The notes: generated by a model not told the origin, from the sequence alone. 64,000 nt of DNA from Hormiphora californensis (GCA_020137815.1 CM035362.1:6076001-6140000), one strand, 5' to 3'. Shown: positions 13,630 through 40,403, counted from the first letter of the stretch. Made by a program: numbers and translations.

Positions 13630-14160
13630 CTAGCTCTTCTTGTTCGTAAGGATACCATCAAATTTGGTCTGGAACCATTTCTGGGCCTCCTCCTTGGTGA
13701 CCTTGTGCTGGGTTCCCAGCCTGGCCTTCTGCTTCCTCCTGTACCGAACTCGGTAACCGGGTCGAGACAACACGACGTAGAAGTCAGCACCGTAGATGCC
13801 GATGGAGGGATCGTACTTGATACCAAGATCAATATGCTCGTCAATTCCGAATCCAAAGTTGCCCTCCTCAGAGAAACATCCCCTCCACAGCTCGTATTCC
13901 TTGACCTTGAGGCCTCGCTCGAGGATCTCCTCAGCCTTGGCTCCTCGGACGGTGCACCAGCAAGAGATCTTCTCGTTACGTCGGATACCGAAAGATCGGA
14001 CGGTGTATCGGGCCTTTGAGAAGCAGGGTTCCTGTCCACTCAACTGTTCCAGGACTTTGGATGCTCGGGTCAGTCTGTCACCAGATTCTCCGACACAGAT
14101 GTTCAGGCATAGCTTCTCGATGCGAATATCGCACATTGGGTTCTTCTTTTCGGCTGCCAT
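13630..14160 (-). CDS. RPL11: 60S ribosomal protein L11 (uL5), uninterrupted CDS from ATG 14160
   Basis: [40 protein letters not shown]...[25 protein letters not shown]; acceptor tttcag 2 nt upstream of the ATG. Confidence 0.97.
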   Translation of the reverse strand: MAAEKKNPMCDIRIEKLCLNICVGESGDRLTRASKVLEQLSGQEPCFSKARYTVRSFGIRRNEKISCWCTVRGAKAEEILERGLKVKEYELWRGCFSEEGNFGFGIDEHIDLGIKYDPSIGIYGADFYVVLSRPGYRVRYRRKQKARLGTQHKVTKEEAQKWFQTKFDGILTNKKS

Positions 14161-14320
14161 GCCTGAAACAAACACAAGGTGGGATTAGAGAAGGGAATGC
14201 CTGTAACAAACACAAGGTGGGATTAGAGAGGGGATGCCTGAAACATACACAAGGTGGGATTAGAGAAGGGAATGCCTGTAACAAACACAAGGTGGGATTA
14301 GAGAAGGGAAGCCTGAAACA
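14161..14320 (-). repeat. About 38-bp tandem repeat of the RPL11 branch point, pyrimidine tract and 3' splice site (5 CAG acceptors)
   Basis: Minus-strand unit cccttctctaatcccaccttgtgtttgtt(a/t)caggcat. Confidence 0.85.
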
Positions 14321-14601
14321 GGGAAGATTTAACTAAACAACCTTCATCAGGGGGACGATACGATGAAATTTGAGGGGGGATAACGTTGGGTGGAAATAAA
14401 ACACAGGTTTTCTCAGTTATAACATATTTAGCAAAGTAAAATACAAAATAGAGGCGAAACGAAATCAAAAATAAATGAACTCGGATTATTTACACTCGGC
14501 TTCAAGAGAACTATTCAGTTTCTACAGCTTTACACACAAGTCTCTCGCTAGATAGATACAGTAGTCTTTAGTTTAACCTGGAATTGACCCTCACCACCAT
14601 T

Positions 14602-15015
14602 TTACAAAGTCGCAAGTGCAGCCTGGAAGACAGCTAGCTCCTTGGCAGCAAATTGTTTCTGCTTGACTGGATCCTTTTCTTTTTTACAGTATTCAGTTAT
14701 CTTCGCAGCGACAATCTTTCCCAAAATGGCACCAGCAACCTCTTTGCGCTCTCGGCGGGACTCGTACAACTGGTACAATACCTTGACGAGATCAAAGGTT
14801 GTAAGAATAATTAGTTTCTAATAGAGTTGACGTGAAAGAAGGTACTAGTTTCCCTATCCTAAGATGCTCTAAGCAGTGCTAACCTGGCAGGCAGTAAGAG
14901 AGTTGAAGAACTGGAGACCTTTATCACCGAAATTTTCAGTTGCAAAGTTTCCAAACTTATCGACGAGACGTCCGTGGTGGGTGTCACCCAGGAATTTGTG
15001 TAAGATTTTATCCAT
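14602..15015 (-). CDS. Uncharacterised 115-aa two-exon ORF (not in the ORF track)
   Basis: Exons 15015-14884 and 14817-14602 with a 66-nt GT-AG phase-0 intron: MDKILHKFLGDTHHGRLVDKFGNFATENFGDKGLQFFNSLTACQ|KLIILTTFDLVKVLYQLYESRRERKEVAGAILGKIVAAKITEYCKKEKDPVKQKQFAAKELAVFQAALATL*. No family recognised. Confidence 0.6.
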
Positions 15016-15049
15016 TTGAGTCATAACGGCGTTGACAAGGTGAGAAACG

Positions 15050-15260
15050 TTGTTTGGCCTTGGTGAGAAATTTTTGTTGCTCTCTTGTCCGTGAAGATTT
15101 CGATATTTCTTTAGCGGGGAAAATGGGGGGGGGTGCGCGGCGTCATTTTTTGATTTGCGCGTTGGAGCGCGCAGCGCGTGTTAGAGATTTTATCGGTTTC
15201 GAAATTCCAAGCTCAATTTTTTTAATTTTTTTTAAAAAAAAGTGTGAATTTTTGTTGTAT
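15050..15260. promoter_or_regulatory. CpG/GCGC-rich probable promoter for the minus-strand trio, possibly bidirectional with TMCO3
   Basis: G-run plus a gcgcgc cluster flanked by T-tracts immediately 5' of the 115-aa ORF. Confidence 0.4.
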
Positions 15261-15369
15261 ATATGAGGGTGTGTGTGGGTAATTTATTGTAATTTATTGT
15301 CTGTAACTTTTAGTTTTGAGAACTGCAAATAAAATCGAAACGTGAATTTTTGTTTTGCTTTCCTGAGAA

Positions 15370-15560
15370 AGTAAATGTAAATGTAAATGTAATATAATCA
15401 TTTATATATACCACTTTATAGTGTAAAATAATGGAGCACGCACCAACAGCCTACGCTTGACATACTCCCCAAGCAACAAAAACTTTCTCGACATCCGGTA
15501 TCATCCATCCATGGAATTTGGAAAAGGGTACAAAAGCCGACAAACTATCAAACATATCTA
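15370..15560 (-). mobile_element. 3' end fragment of an L2-type LINE/SINE
   Basis: (TTTACA)n tail on the minus strand at about 15370-15392, preceded by a GC-rich stem-loop-like 3' end. Confidence 0.45.
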
Positions 15561-15988
15561 GGGTGTAGGAATGTTTTTTGAAGTGGGCTTCGTTGGCGGG
15601 CTTCGTTTTCGCGTGCTACACGCACGAGTTGTAAGGGTGACTGCGTCACCAATTCAGAGTCGCTGAGCTAGATGAAAGCTGTCTGGCGCCGTGACCCCAT
15701 GTCTGAGCGCACTGTCGCTGTGAGAATCAAATGGGGCGCCGCCATACAGGATAAAAGAGGTTTATAAGTGTATGCTTTCTCATAACTATATATTTCTCAT
15801 AAACTATATATTTCTCATAACTATAACAGTGGTACCCCTATTTACCGGAACCCTGATTTACTTTGTTGAGTAACTCAGCAAAATGTGATCCACTACCTCT
15901 CAATTGCGATTGCGACTGAGAAATACTGGTCCCTGATTGGCTGATAACCAGTCACGTGACCTAAATAACGAGTTCTGATTGGTTGTTG

Positions 15989-18875
15989 TGCCCTGTATGT
16001 CCACTCTAGCCTCGCTATATCAGATCAAGTGGAGTATTCGGACACAAGTAACAACCTGGCAGCCGTCTACATAGGCAACACCCACTCTATAGTGGCAGTT
16101 ATATATCGAGCTGGTACAGATGCAACAGCTTTTCAGAGACTGGTAAAAAAACTGCAGACTTTTATTGATACTCATAGCCGGGAAAAAACAGTTCCGGACC
16201 TGTGGTTGATGGGTGATTTTAATCTCCCACTCCTGAAATGGAGAGGAGGGTTGTATGAAACTATTGACCATCCCTTGTACAATATTATGGGTAACTTGGT
16301 AGATGATAATTCTCTCAGCCAAATGGTCAATTTTCCTACCAGAGGAGAGAACGTCTTAGATCTGGTGCTAACCAACCGTCCCGAGTATGTCCTTTCAACT
16401 AGGGGTGAGGACCTCGGGATTTCTGATCATGAGATGGTTACATGTACCCTGACCTACAATTGCACGGCGAAGCTCCCTAGGGACGATCGCGTTATGTCAG
16501 ACTTTGCGGAACTTAATCTTTTAAAAGCTGACTTTGATAGGCTAAACTCTGCCTTTGACGAGGTGGACTGGGATCAGCTTCAGCCACTGTGTACAGAAAT
16601 GGAAGACCCCGATGGTAGCTTCTTAGAGCTAGTGAGACTTACGGTCCTCCAGGTCTGTAAGATCTTCACTGAGCTGAAACGTTGGAAAAGTAAACGGAAG
16701 GACAAAACACTCCGGCACTTTCGTAGCAGGAGAAGAAAGTTGAACAAGAGAATGGTAGACGCAAAAGGCACGACAAAGCTCAAAATTGAGGAGTTGGCCG
16801 GGAAAATAACGCTCGCCGTCAAAGCTCATGTAAAAGAAAAGGATGAGGGGGATGAAGTACGAGCTGCTTCCGCAATCAAAGTGAACCCTAAATTCTTCTA
16901 CAGTCATGCTAAATCTCTATCCAAGGTCAAATCAGCGGTGGCTCCACTCCAGAGGCAGGATGGTTCGCTTACTACGAACTCGAAGGAGAAAGCAGAACTC
17001 CTACAGAGTCAGTATGTTAGAGTGTTTAGCAACCCACTGGACGTGGACCCGGAAAAGGCAGTGGAGAACATTGAGGAAAATGAAGCGGAAATAAGCGACA
17101 TCAGCTTCACGAAGGCGGACATTGAACAGGCACTAAAGGAACTGAAACCGAATTCAGCGGCCCCTCCTGGTGACATACCGTCCATAGTCTTGAAGAACTG
17201 CCGTCGAACCTTGTCCTATCCCATCTGGATTATATGGCAGTCCTCGTTTGAATCTGGTACAATACCACCCGTTATGAAGGAGCAGTTCATCTGCCCCATT
17301 TTCAAGAAAGGTGATCGTTCAGCACCAGGGAACTATAGGCCAGTATCACTGACGTCTCATCTTTCGAAAACATTTGAGAGAATTATCAGGAATCATCTGA
17401 CTGAGTTCCTTGAGAGGGCAGAACTACATTGTAACGGTCAACATGGATTCAGAAAAGGGAGAAGTACAATGACTCATCTGCTTGCACACATTGACAGGGT
17501 TCTCAAACATCTAACGGATAACAACGAAGTTGATGTGCTATATCTGGACTTCCAGAAAGCGTTTGACCGTGTTGATACTGGGGTCCTACTGAGAAAACTA
17601 CAAAAATATGGTGTACGAGGAAAGCTACTTGCCTGGATCAAGGAATTCCTAACAAATAGGAAGCAAGCAGTGCTAGTGGATGGGGAGCAGTCGCGGTGGG
17701 AGTGGGTCCTAAGTAGTGTGATCCAGGGAAGCGTGCTGGGCCCTATTTTGTTCATCTTTTACGTAATCGACTTGAAGGAGTCTTTGTCAAGTGCTGACGC
17801 TTTATCGTTTGCAGACGACACGAAGCTCATACAGGTAATACGGACATTGCTAGACCAGGCAGAACTCCAGAAGGACTTGGGAAGTGTGAGTCAGTGGTCT
17901 CTGACTAATAATATGAGACTTCACGAGGAAAAATTTCAACTGGTAAACTACTCGCTAGGCAGATCTAAACTCCTGAGAGAGCTGCCTTTCGCTGCAGAAA
18001 CCTTATCCTATGTTACTTTGGGAGGAACTGTGGTGGAGCCAGAGCAGCATGTAAAAGATTTGGGCGTTTGGCTATCGGCGGATGGTACGTGGACTCATCA
18101 CATTGGTGATATTGTGAGGAGAGCTAACATGATGGCAGGATGGATATTCTGTGCATTCAGGAGTAGATCCCGTGAGGTACTACTAACCCTATATAAGGCG
18201 TTGGTTCGACCCATTTTGGAATACTGCTGTTTGGTGTGGTGTCCAACGAGAATCGCTGACATCCAGGCAGTAGAGAACGTCCAACGGGCATTTACCCGGA
18301 AGATCCAAGGGATGAAGGAGCTGGACTATTGGCAGCGTCTAGAGGCGCTGGATCTCATGTCCCTCCAGAGAAGACGTCAACGATATGAGATGATACACGT
18401 TTGGAAAATCTATCACGGGCTAGTTCCCAACTGTGTGCAAATGGAGTTCCAGATTGGCCGGTTAGGAGTCCAGGCAAAGACACAGAAATACCCTTACTGG
18501 GCAGATTCCAAATGGGCAGGTCAGTTGTACAACTCGTTCAGCTTCAGGGCACCTCAACTATGGAACAGACTCCCTCGAGAGGTTACTCTTTCAGGCACAC
18601 TTCCTGGGTTAAAGGCTAAGTTGGGTGCATTCATGAAGCAATTCCATGACAGACCACCGGTGCGTGGCTACACGACGGTCCCAAATGATTTCAGAGAGGC
18701 AGGAAGAAAGAACGTTGTGTGAGGCTGTAAATGTTGTTTTGCTGCTCATGCTGTTTATGTTTTTATGTTAAGTAAGGGACTGTAAATAAACAATTTGACA
18801 AGGAGGACCCACTCGATGGGAATTTCATCACGTTTTATGTATTGTGTAAAAATATAATTGAACTTGAACTTGAAC
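15989..18875 (+). mobile_element. 5'-truncated CR1/L2-group non-LTR retrotransposon with (TTGAAC)n tail, inserted into a YLGHVTG MITE
   Basis: Tail at 18858-18875; ttgttg at both junctions; MITE sequence stops at 15988 and resumes at about 18878. Confidence 0.9.
16029..18722 (+). CDS. LINE ORF2: partial AP endonuclease plus reverse transcriptase, open for 897 codons
   Basis: MGDFNLP, PTRGENVLDLVLT, ISDH (EN); NYRPVSLTS, QHGFRKGRS, YLDFQKAFD, QGSVLGPILF, FADDTK (RT); CR1/L2-type C-terminus. Confidence 0.95.
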   Translation: MEYSDTSNNLAAVYIGNTHSIVAVIYRAGTDATAFQRLVKKLQTFIDTHSREKTVPDLWLMGDFNLPLLKWRGGLYETIDHPLYNIMGNLVDDNSLSQMVNFPTRGENVLDLVLTNRPEYVLSTRGEDLGISDHEMVTCTLTYNCTAKLPRDDRVMSDFAELNLLKADFDRLNSAFDEVDWDQLQPLCTEMEDPDGSFLELVRLTVLQVCKIFTELKRWKSKRKDKTLRHFRSRRRKLNKRMVDAKGTTKLKIEELAGKITLAVKAHVKEKDEGDEVRAASAIKVNPKFFYSHAKSLSKVKSAVAPLQRQDGSLTTNSKEKAELLQSQYVRVFSNPLDVDPEKAVENIEENEAEISDISFTKADIEQALKELKPNSAAPPGDIPSIVLKNCRRTLSYPIWIIWQSSFESGTIPPVMKEQFICPIFKKGDRSAPGNYRPVSLTSHLSKTFERIIRNHLTEFLERAELHCNGQHGFRKGRSTMTHLLAHIDRVLKHLTDNNEVDVLYLDFQKAFDRVDTGVLLRKLQKYGVRGKLLAWIKEFLTNRKQAVLVDGEQSRWEWVLSSVIQGSVLGPILFIFYVIDLKESLSSADALSFADDTKLIQVIRTLLDQAELQKDLGSVSQWSLTNNMRLHEEKFQLVNYSLGRSKLLRELPFAAETLSYVTLGGTVVEPEQHVKDLGVWLSADGTWTHHIGDIVRRANMMAGWIFCAFRSRSREVLLTLYKALVRPILEYCCLVWCPTRIADIQAVENVQRAFTRKIQGMKELDYWQRLEALDLMSLQRRRQRYEMIHVWKIYHGLVPNCVQMEFQIGRLGVQAKTQKYPYWADSKWAGQLYNSFSFRAPQLWNRLPREVTLSGTLPGLKAKLGAFMKQFHDRPPVRGYTTVPNDFREAGRKNVV

Positions 18876-19374
18876 TTGTTGTTTACTTGACTATGTGATC
18901 CACTACCTCTCAAGCGATTGCGACTGAGTTACCCCTGCCGATTGCTGCCGGCAGGAAGGGCAGAATATACTGGTATAATACCTAGGTCCTGCCGAATGCC
19001 CTCTGTCGATCGGCAGAGCGGTCATTCGGCAGAGATCAGGGTTTACGGCCCTCCTCTACCACAATTTCTATTACTTTAGAAAGTGGTATAATGATTATCT
19101 GATAACCTCGGAACCATTTAATTTAGTTAAGACACTAATAGAAGATTGAAGCCATAATTTAGTTATCATGGACTTACTGACTTGATGTCCCCCCTTACTT
19201 AACAACTTCTGACCAGGAACCGACCGAATCAGGAAATACTGGTCCCTGATTGGCTGATAACCAGTCACGTGACCTAAATAACGAGCTCTGATTGGTTGTT
19301 TACTTAACAATTTCTGACAGGATGTAGCTTGATCAACAATGGACGTATAATGCTACCTCCCAAATATAACTAGA

Positions 19375-33789
<14,415 letters not shown>

Positions 33790-33947
33790 TAAGCTGGTGT
33801 GTTACCATGGTAATCAGAGTGTGTTACCATGGTAACTAGAGTGTGTTACCATGGTAACTAGTATTGACACTGTTTAATAAACACTGAGTGTTTATAATTA
33901 TAATATTACTGACATTTAGCTAGCTAATATATTATTTATTAAAAACC

Positions 33948-34068
33948 TGTATGGTGGCGCCATACCCCAGTGCGCTCAGATGGGGTCGCGGCGCCATACC
34001 CCAGTGCGCTCAGATGGGGTCGTGGCGCCATACCCCATTGCGCTCAGATGGGGTCGCGGCGCCAGACA
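33948..34068. mobile_element. Small MITE family (ends ctgtmtgg...cca[g/t]acag) with internal 39-bp triplication; relatives at about 15679-15749 and 33098-33155
   Basis: Shared TIR and core ggcgcc...cccca...ctcaga. Confidence 0.6.
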
Positions 34069-34437
34069 GTTACAAACGTACAACAACAAATTGTTAATTT
34101 AGTTATTGTAGTTTTAGATGCAATTTAGTTGAGTATTTTGTCTCACTTTCCCAGTGCAGATAAGATTTCCCCAATATGATGAGTGTAAAACTTGTATTTG
34201 TTTTATTTTCATATCCTTCATCTCCATTTAGCTGTCATATTGGCCCTTTTATTATTTCTTTCTGTGGTCAGAGCATTGGCCTGACAATCTCGACCAAGGC
34301 AGTTTTTTTCCTGAAATTATTGATCGTCCTCGTTAAGTTGTGTATTCCAATGCAGTTGGCATACCCGGTTACTTTTTGGAAGATCACCCAGTTTCTAATT
34401 ACTTGATATTTGAAATTTCCATTTCCATTATAATTGT

Positions 34438-35480
34438 GGGTCACCACACACCAAAGTTAAAATTAAAATTAAAATTTTGATTTTAAACCCGCACACCCGT
34501 TAAAATTTCTCTCCCCCATTCTAAAAGTAACATTGTAAAATTTTGGGACATACTGTAAATCTTTAGGTATCACTGCTTGTACAACTTATAACACTGCCCA
34601 GTGTTATAAGTTTTCACTTATAACACCCCCCAGTGTTATAAGTTTTCACTTATAACACTGGGCAGTGTTATAAGTTGTACAAGCAGTGCTATAACACCGC
34701 TGCACTTAGAACTCCTCACTCCACTGTTTCTGTCACACTTAGAAAGATAAGCGTGTACGAACTCTCTCTCTCTCTCTCTTTCTTTATGTCACACTCACGC
34801 GCCGTTGCAGCATCGAGATCAAGATAACAGTTACGAACTCCCGGACCCACGTCCCACACATTCTTTATCTCTCTCACTGTCACTAATCTCTCACTCTCTT
34901 TACCTATTTATGCTATAGATCTCAGGCGTTATCTTATCTCTCCCTGCTACCATATCATCATGATCATGAATTCGCTCTAGATTTTTACGCCCTAAAGTGT
35001 CTCTCACTCTTGTTTTAAAAATTTTACAATGCAATTTTATTATGCCTATTTTCGTTGTACCTGACGTCAACAAAAATGTCCCAGATTCTTACACTTTTAG
35101 ACCTCGCAGGCTCGGTCAAAAAGTAAAACTACATCACTCGCAGGCTCGTGAGGTAGTTAGACTTAGTGGCACTCGCAGGCTCGTGCACTAAAGTACAAGA
35201 ATCTGCCTCGACCTGTGGTCTCGGATCATTATTGTTGTACTTATAACACTCGACCTTCGGTCTCGTGTTATAAGTTTTCAGGTACAACTTATAGGCATAA
35301 TAAAATCCTACAATCTCGCGCGCGATTTTAACGGCGTGTTAAAATTTTGTCATCCAACGCAACCGTCAAAATCGTGCGTGAGATTGTTACTTTTAGAATG
35401 GGGAGAGAAATTTTAACGGCCGCTGGTGTGTGCGGGTTTAAAATCAAAATTTTAATTTTAACTTTGGTGTGTGGTGACCC
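34438..35480. mobile_element. Non-autonomous TIR element (about 95-bp TIRs starting gggtcaccacacaccaaag) containing a nested ~118-bp palindromic cassette at 34572-34689
   Basis: 34438-34532 is the approximate reverse complement of 35385-35480. Confidence 0.8.
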
Positions 35481-35769
35481 TAACGTGTTCTGGTTACTGG
35501 AAATTCCAGTGGAATTTTATAGGGAGATATATTTCGATTTGTTTTTGAGGTTGACAATGGTATAATATTTATATTGATCCACGAATTTTCCTTCAAACCT
35601 ACCGAAAACTTCGACTTTTGGTATTTGTTAACCATGATGATATTTATAAAATAAGGACTGATTAAGGAAGTAATTTTGATATCTCCTTCTGGTGATCACC
35701 ACACACACACGCCCTCTGTACAACAGTTTAATGGGGAATCTCACACATACACGGGCAGAACTCGGTTAC

Positions 35770-36070
35770 CCTATTTGGTAGCTTAGTGGTTTATAGCTCC
35801 GAGCATGTCTCTCTGGAGGTCCCTGGTTCAATTCCCGGTCAAACCCAGTATTTTTCGATTTTCTTCCCTATTTAATTCTTGCTCTGAACTCATTATTCAG
35901 AAGGACTGATTAGTCATCGCATTAGTCATTTATTGGGGGTAAGCATACAACCAAGTCACTATCTCAATCCTTGGCTCCATTAGGCGGAAAACAGCCGTAC
36001 TGAACTGAACTCCAGTACGCCGACTACTTACTGAAGGAAAACTGATTCAGTTATTTTCAGTGAACAACCG
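35770..36070 (+). mobile_element. tRNA-derived SINE-like element
   Basis: A box tagcttagtgg and B box ggttcaattcc at tRNA spacing, but the acceptor stem does not pair; 3' end not defined. Confidence 0.5.
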
Positions 36071-36172
36071 TCAACCGTACTGTACTCGAAGCTCGAGTGT
36101 TATCGCTGTGTTCTCCATCTTACAATTCCTACAATCAAACATCCAAACGTAACCTTAGCAGCACGCAAGCAC

Positions 36173-36252
<80 letters not shown>

Positions 36253-37370
36253 TCTCTCGCTCTCTCTCTCTCTTTCTTTCTCCCTTACTATCTCGGTATC
36301 TCTCACTCTCGCGTTTGCAACATTTGGTATTTGTTCACCATGATGATATTCATAAAATACATACCAAGTAAACAACCAATCAGAACTCGTTATTTAGGTC
36401 ACGTGACTGGTTATCAGCCAATCAGGGACCAGTGCGCTTGCAGGTGGGGTCGCGGCGCCACACAGGGGTGACTGAGTCAGAGTTAGGTATTTGATGATCT
36501 TATGATGGTTGAGATTAGGAAGACACAAATTTAATTACCTGATTCTTTGGGGAGAATTCTTATCAGTCATTTGTTGCATTAGTTATGGAGAGATATTAGG
36601 CGGAGAAAATTGGGCTAATATTATAGAAGAATATGAATATCCACGTGACTTTATCGCTGAGAGAGAATTGTTGTGTGAGATGAATGGTATAAATTCCGAT
36701 TTCTTTGAAGCTTTCCACTCGTTGGCCTTGCTCGACCCTCTCTCCCGGAAAACGTAGCACAAAGTCTTTATTGTTTAGAGAATGAGGGGCAACTTTAATC
36801 CCCTCCTGATGACCTTTCTCACATTTTAGATTTTTGTTCAATACCAATTAATAATCGTTGCCTAATAGTTTTTCTTTACACATACTAGCAAAACTGGGTC
36901 GATCGTACCGATCGCAAATCGAGGGGTCTGTTTCTATGTTTTTCTCTCTGCCCATGTGCTATATACTATGTGATGTGATCCCTCTCTTTTTCTCTCTTTT
37001 TCTCCCTTTTATACATGTGATGTGACCCCTCAAGTCGCAAGCAGTTCTCAACACGTGTGATACGTGATACCTACGAATCACGTCGTCACACTGACGGATC
37101 ATGTCGTCACATTGACGGATCACGTCGTCACATTGACGGATCATGTCGTCACATTGACGATAGGGTGTCACATTTCCGTGCAAATTTGCATTAGATATAG
37201 TTAGATATGTGTAGATTAATGTGTATAACCCTACCTGCTCTTACATCGATGAATACCTTCACCTTCACCCGGTTATTTACTTGATGTTGAAGCATGTTGT
37301 TAGTTGATAATTAGTCGATAATTAGTTGATAATCTGTTAACGGATAAGTATTTACTATATATAGTAGTTT

Positions 37371-37786
37371 ATTTAGTCCAAAAACCAATTAAATAAATTA
37401 GTTTGGATGCCCGGGCCCATGTGGTGTCACGGGGGTAACACCTTTACGCTCCTGCCATAATTAACGGCATATCTCGTTAATTGTTAATTGTTATCCTTCA
37501 ATCTGTATATCTCTATCTATCTCTCTCACTCTCTCCCTCTCTCTCACTCTATCTCTCTCTTTCTCTCGCACTGTTTCTTTCACTATATATCTCTCCTTTT
37601 TCTCTCTCCTCTTATTTATCTCTCCGTCTTTCTTGATTATATCTCACTCTTTTTATCCTAATTTCCTTTGCCTTTATCTCTCTCGATATCCATCATTTAT
37701 GACAGTAGCCTAAAGGTGTTACCCCCGTGACACCACATGGGCCCGGGCATCCAAACTAATTTATTTAATTGGTTTTTGGACTAAAT
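37371..37786. repeat. About 75-bp perfect inverted repeat (37371-37445 / 37711-37786) around a CT-rich spacer
   Basis: atttagtccaaaaacc...aacaccttta versus taaaggtgtt...ggactaaat. Confidence 0.8.
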
Positions 37787-39188
37787 TTCTGTTCTTTTTG
37801 GTGTAAAATAGAAAAAGCTATTTTTTCTGATTTTTGCATACTAGAGTACCCGTTTGCTGGGAACCCGTGACCTGGTAAATGGTAATTTATCCTCATATAA
37901 CCGGTGACATTTGTGTTTGATTTTTAAAAGATAATTTGTTTGTTCCTTAGAGCAATGAGTCTCATAGTAGGAGCGGTTAGATCAGCACGTGCAGAAAATA
38001 GCGCGCCACCCTAATCCAAAAGTGACCTTCATCAAACCTGTAGATCTCCTCAAGGAGAAGCGAAAACGTGAGGGACATTTCTTGATAATGATTGGATGCG
38101 ACCTCGAGGAGCTATGACAATGCGCAAAAAGGGGTGGTATGCGACACCTTAGTTTTTTGAAAAAACGGCCATTACAATTTTGGCGAGGCGGGTAAATCAT
38201 TTACTGTAACGCGCGAATTTTCCCAAAAAAGCGCTGCTTTTTTGCGCCGCGCGCTGAACCTAGAATTACGCGCGCAGTGTAAAATTTTAAAATTCATTGA
38301 AAATTTCCTCGCGTTTTATGTCGCCAAAAAAAAGTCGACGAAAAATTCCAAATTCGTGAATTTAGAATTATAAGAACTCCGGTCAGTTCTCATCTTGCCA
38401 ACCCGTTTTCCGGGAACCCCTGGCCAAAGGACATTAAAATTCACATACCGACCAAGTTTCATATCGATTGGATAAGATTTTGGGTGGCTACGGTGAAAAA
38501 TATCGCATTTTTGGCATTTTTAACTTTCCCGACGCGATTTACGACCCTTAAACATTGAGTTAAAGTCCATTTTTATTCAACTGTTCACCCTCCAACTCGT
38601 GCGCGTGCGATATTTTAATTTACGCTGCGCGCGCTACACGTTAACATGTGATAGACGCGCAAAACACTTCCGCGCACGGCTTTAGGACTGTAACTCACCT
38701 GGACAGTAACTCGAAAGTGAGTTATTGTCCGAAAATTGGCGTCTACTTTTTATTTTCTGGTGACTTTCTGTCCGCATTATTTTCGACTTTTTGCTAGGAC
38801 AGAAAGTCGATAGCTAGGACAAAATCTCGAAATTGAAACTCACCTAGGTGAGTTTTGCGGACAGTAACTCGAATTTTGTTTCGAGTTGGCGGACAGAAAC
38901 TCACCTGCTAAATTTACGAAAATGTCGAAAAGTTTTGGTGACATTTTCAGATTACATGACAGGTGAGTTTCTGTCCGGAAAACAAAACAAGTGTCCAATA
39001 TGATTTTTTGGCTTTTTGTACTAGCTATCATGCACTGGTACAAGAGAAAACAAATAAGTCCTCAAAATAAACAGTTGTAGTATGAAAGAACAATTTTGGG
39101 CCACCGTCATTTACACGTAATCAATCTTTATCTATAGTCATACACACACGGAGACCTAGCAAGTCACCTAGACAGAGAACCAGTTCCT

Positions 39189-40156
39189 TTATATGTTGCT
39201 GATGGAAGTAAGGTAGGCGACCTTGTCTGCATAGTCGTCATAGGAATTGACTAGTGTCTCTAGTTTCCGGTCTCGCACCTTCCAGCTATTCTTACCCAAC
39301 TCAGCAGCCTGTCTCATCTCAAATCTGCTAATTTTCGCGTCCGTAAGTGCCTGCTCATCTTTGAGGATATCTGCAAAATTCCATAAAGTCGGTTTTGAAT
39401 GGCCTAGGTGACCAGCGAAGCTGTGATGCCAGCTTTCTGCGTGGTTTGTTGTACGCGGAATGCCTAGCACCACAGCTTCGTGGTGATTCCAGGTTGCTGG
39501 GGGGTAGAGGGCATTATCTCCAACCCAAGTCCGTATGAAGTATTCGGCAAAGTCATCCATCTCAGGGGGGAGCACCGCCTCAACCTGCCTCCATACCATC
39601 TTGACGTCTTCGACCTAATGGATAGGATGGGTGATAGTTTACTTTACACTGTTACTGATAACTGACAAAGGAAATTGTGCCAACATGATCAATAAACACT
39701 TGTGCTAACGGATTGGCGGTGTGACCCAATCTGAGCACACATTTTTGAGAAGAAATCGGGGTGTAGTGCGAGACAGTCGAACACGAATAACGGCACTACT
39801 ACTTTTAAATATAACGGTTTCACTCGGCACTCCCTGGGACGAGTCCCAGAGAAACTCTAGGTGGATAATTAATGCTTATAATCTGCGTGAATTTAAAAGA
39901 CTGAGACTGGTAGATCTCAAATTGCGTGTCACATGTCATACTAGTGGGCTAATTTGACCTCCTACACCCGCCTACACACATATACGCCACGTGTAATAAC
40001 CATTTGTTATGTTGTAACCCACGGGCCCGCGAAACTAGGGAAGTAATCGTAGTGTCTGGAAGAGGTAACAAGCAGATCCTCTCCAATTTTATCACTTTGT
40101 CTCTCTTTCTCATTATAAGGTAACGTTGCTGGAATCTGGACATGATGGCAATATCT

Positions 40157-40255
<99 letters not shown>

Positions 40256-40350
40256 TCCCGTCCTGCTCTCTCTCTCTTCTCTCTATCTTTCGTCTCTCTC
40301 TCTCTCTACACCAGAGAGAGGGAGTGAGAGAGTGGGAGAGATAGATAGAT

Positions 40351-40403
<53 letters not shown>

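Noticed and set aside
13614-14336. Overlapping alternative-frame and antisense ORFs over RPL11
   Set aside because: Shadow ORFs of a GC-rich, codon-biased CDS and its upstream repeat.
35770-35850. Possible tRNA gene
   Set aside because: A and B boxes are present but the acceptor and anticodon stems do not pair; treated as a SINE head.
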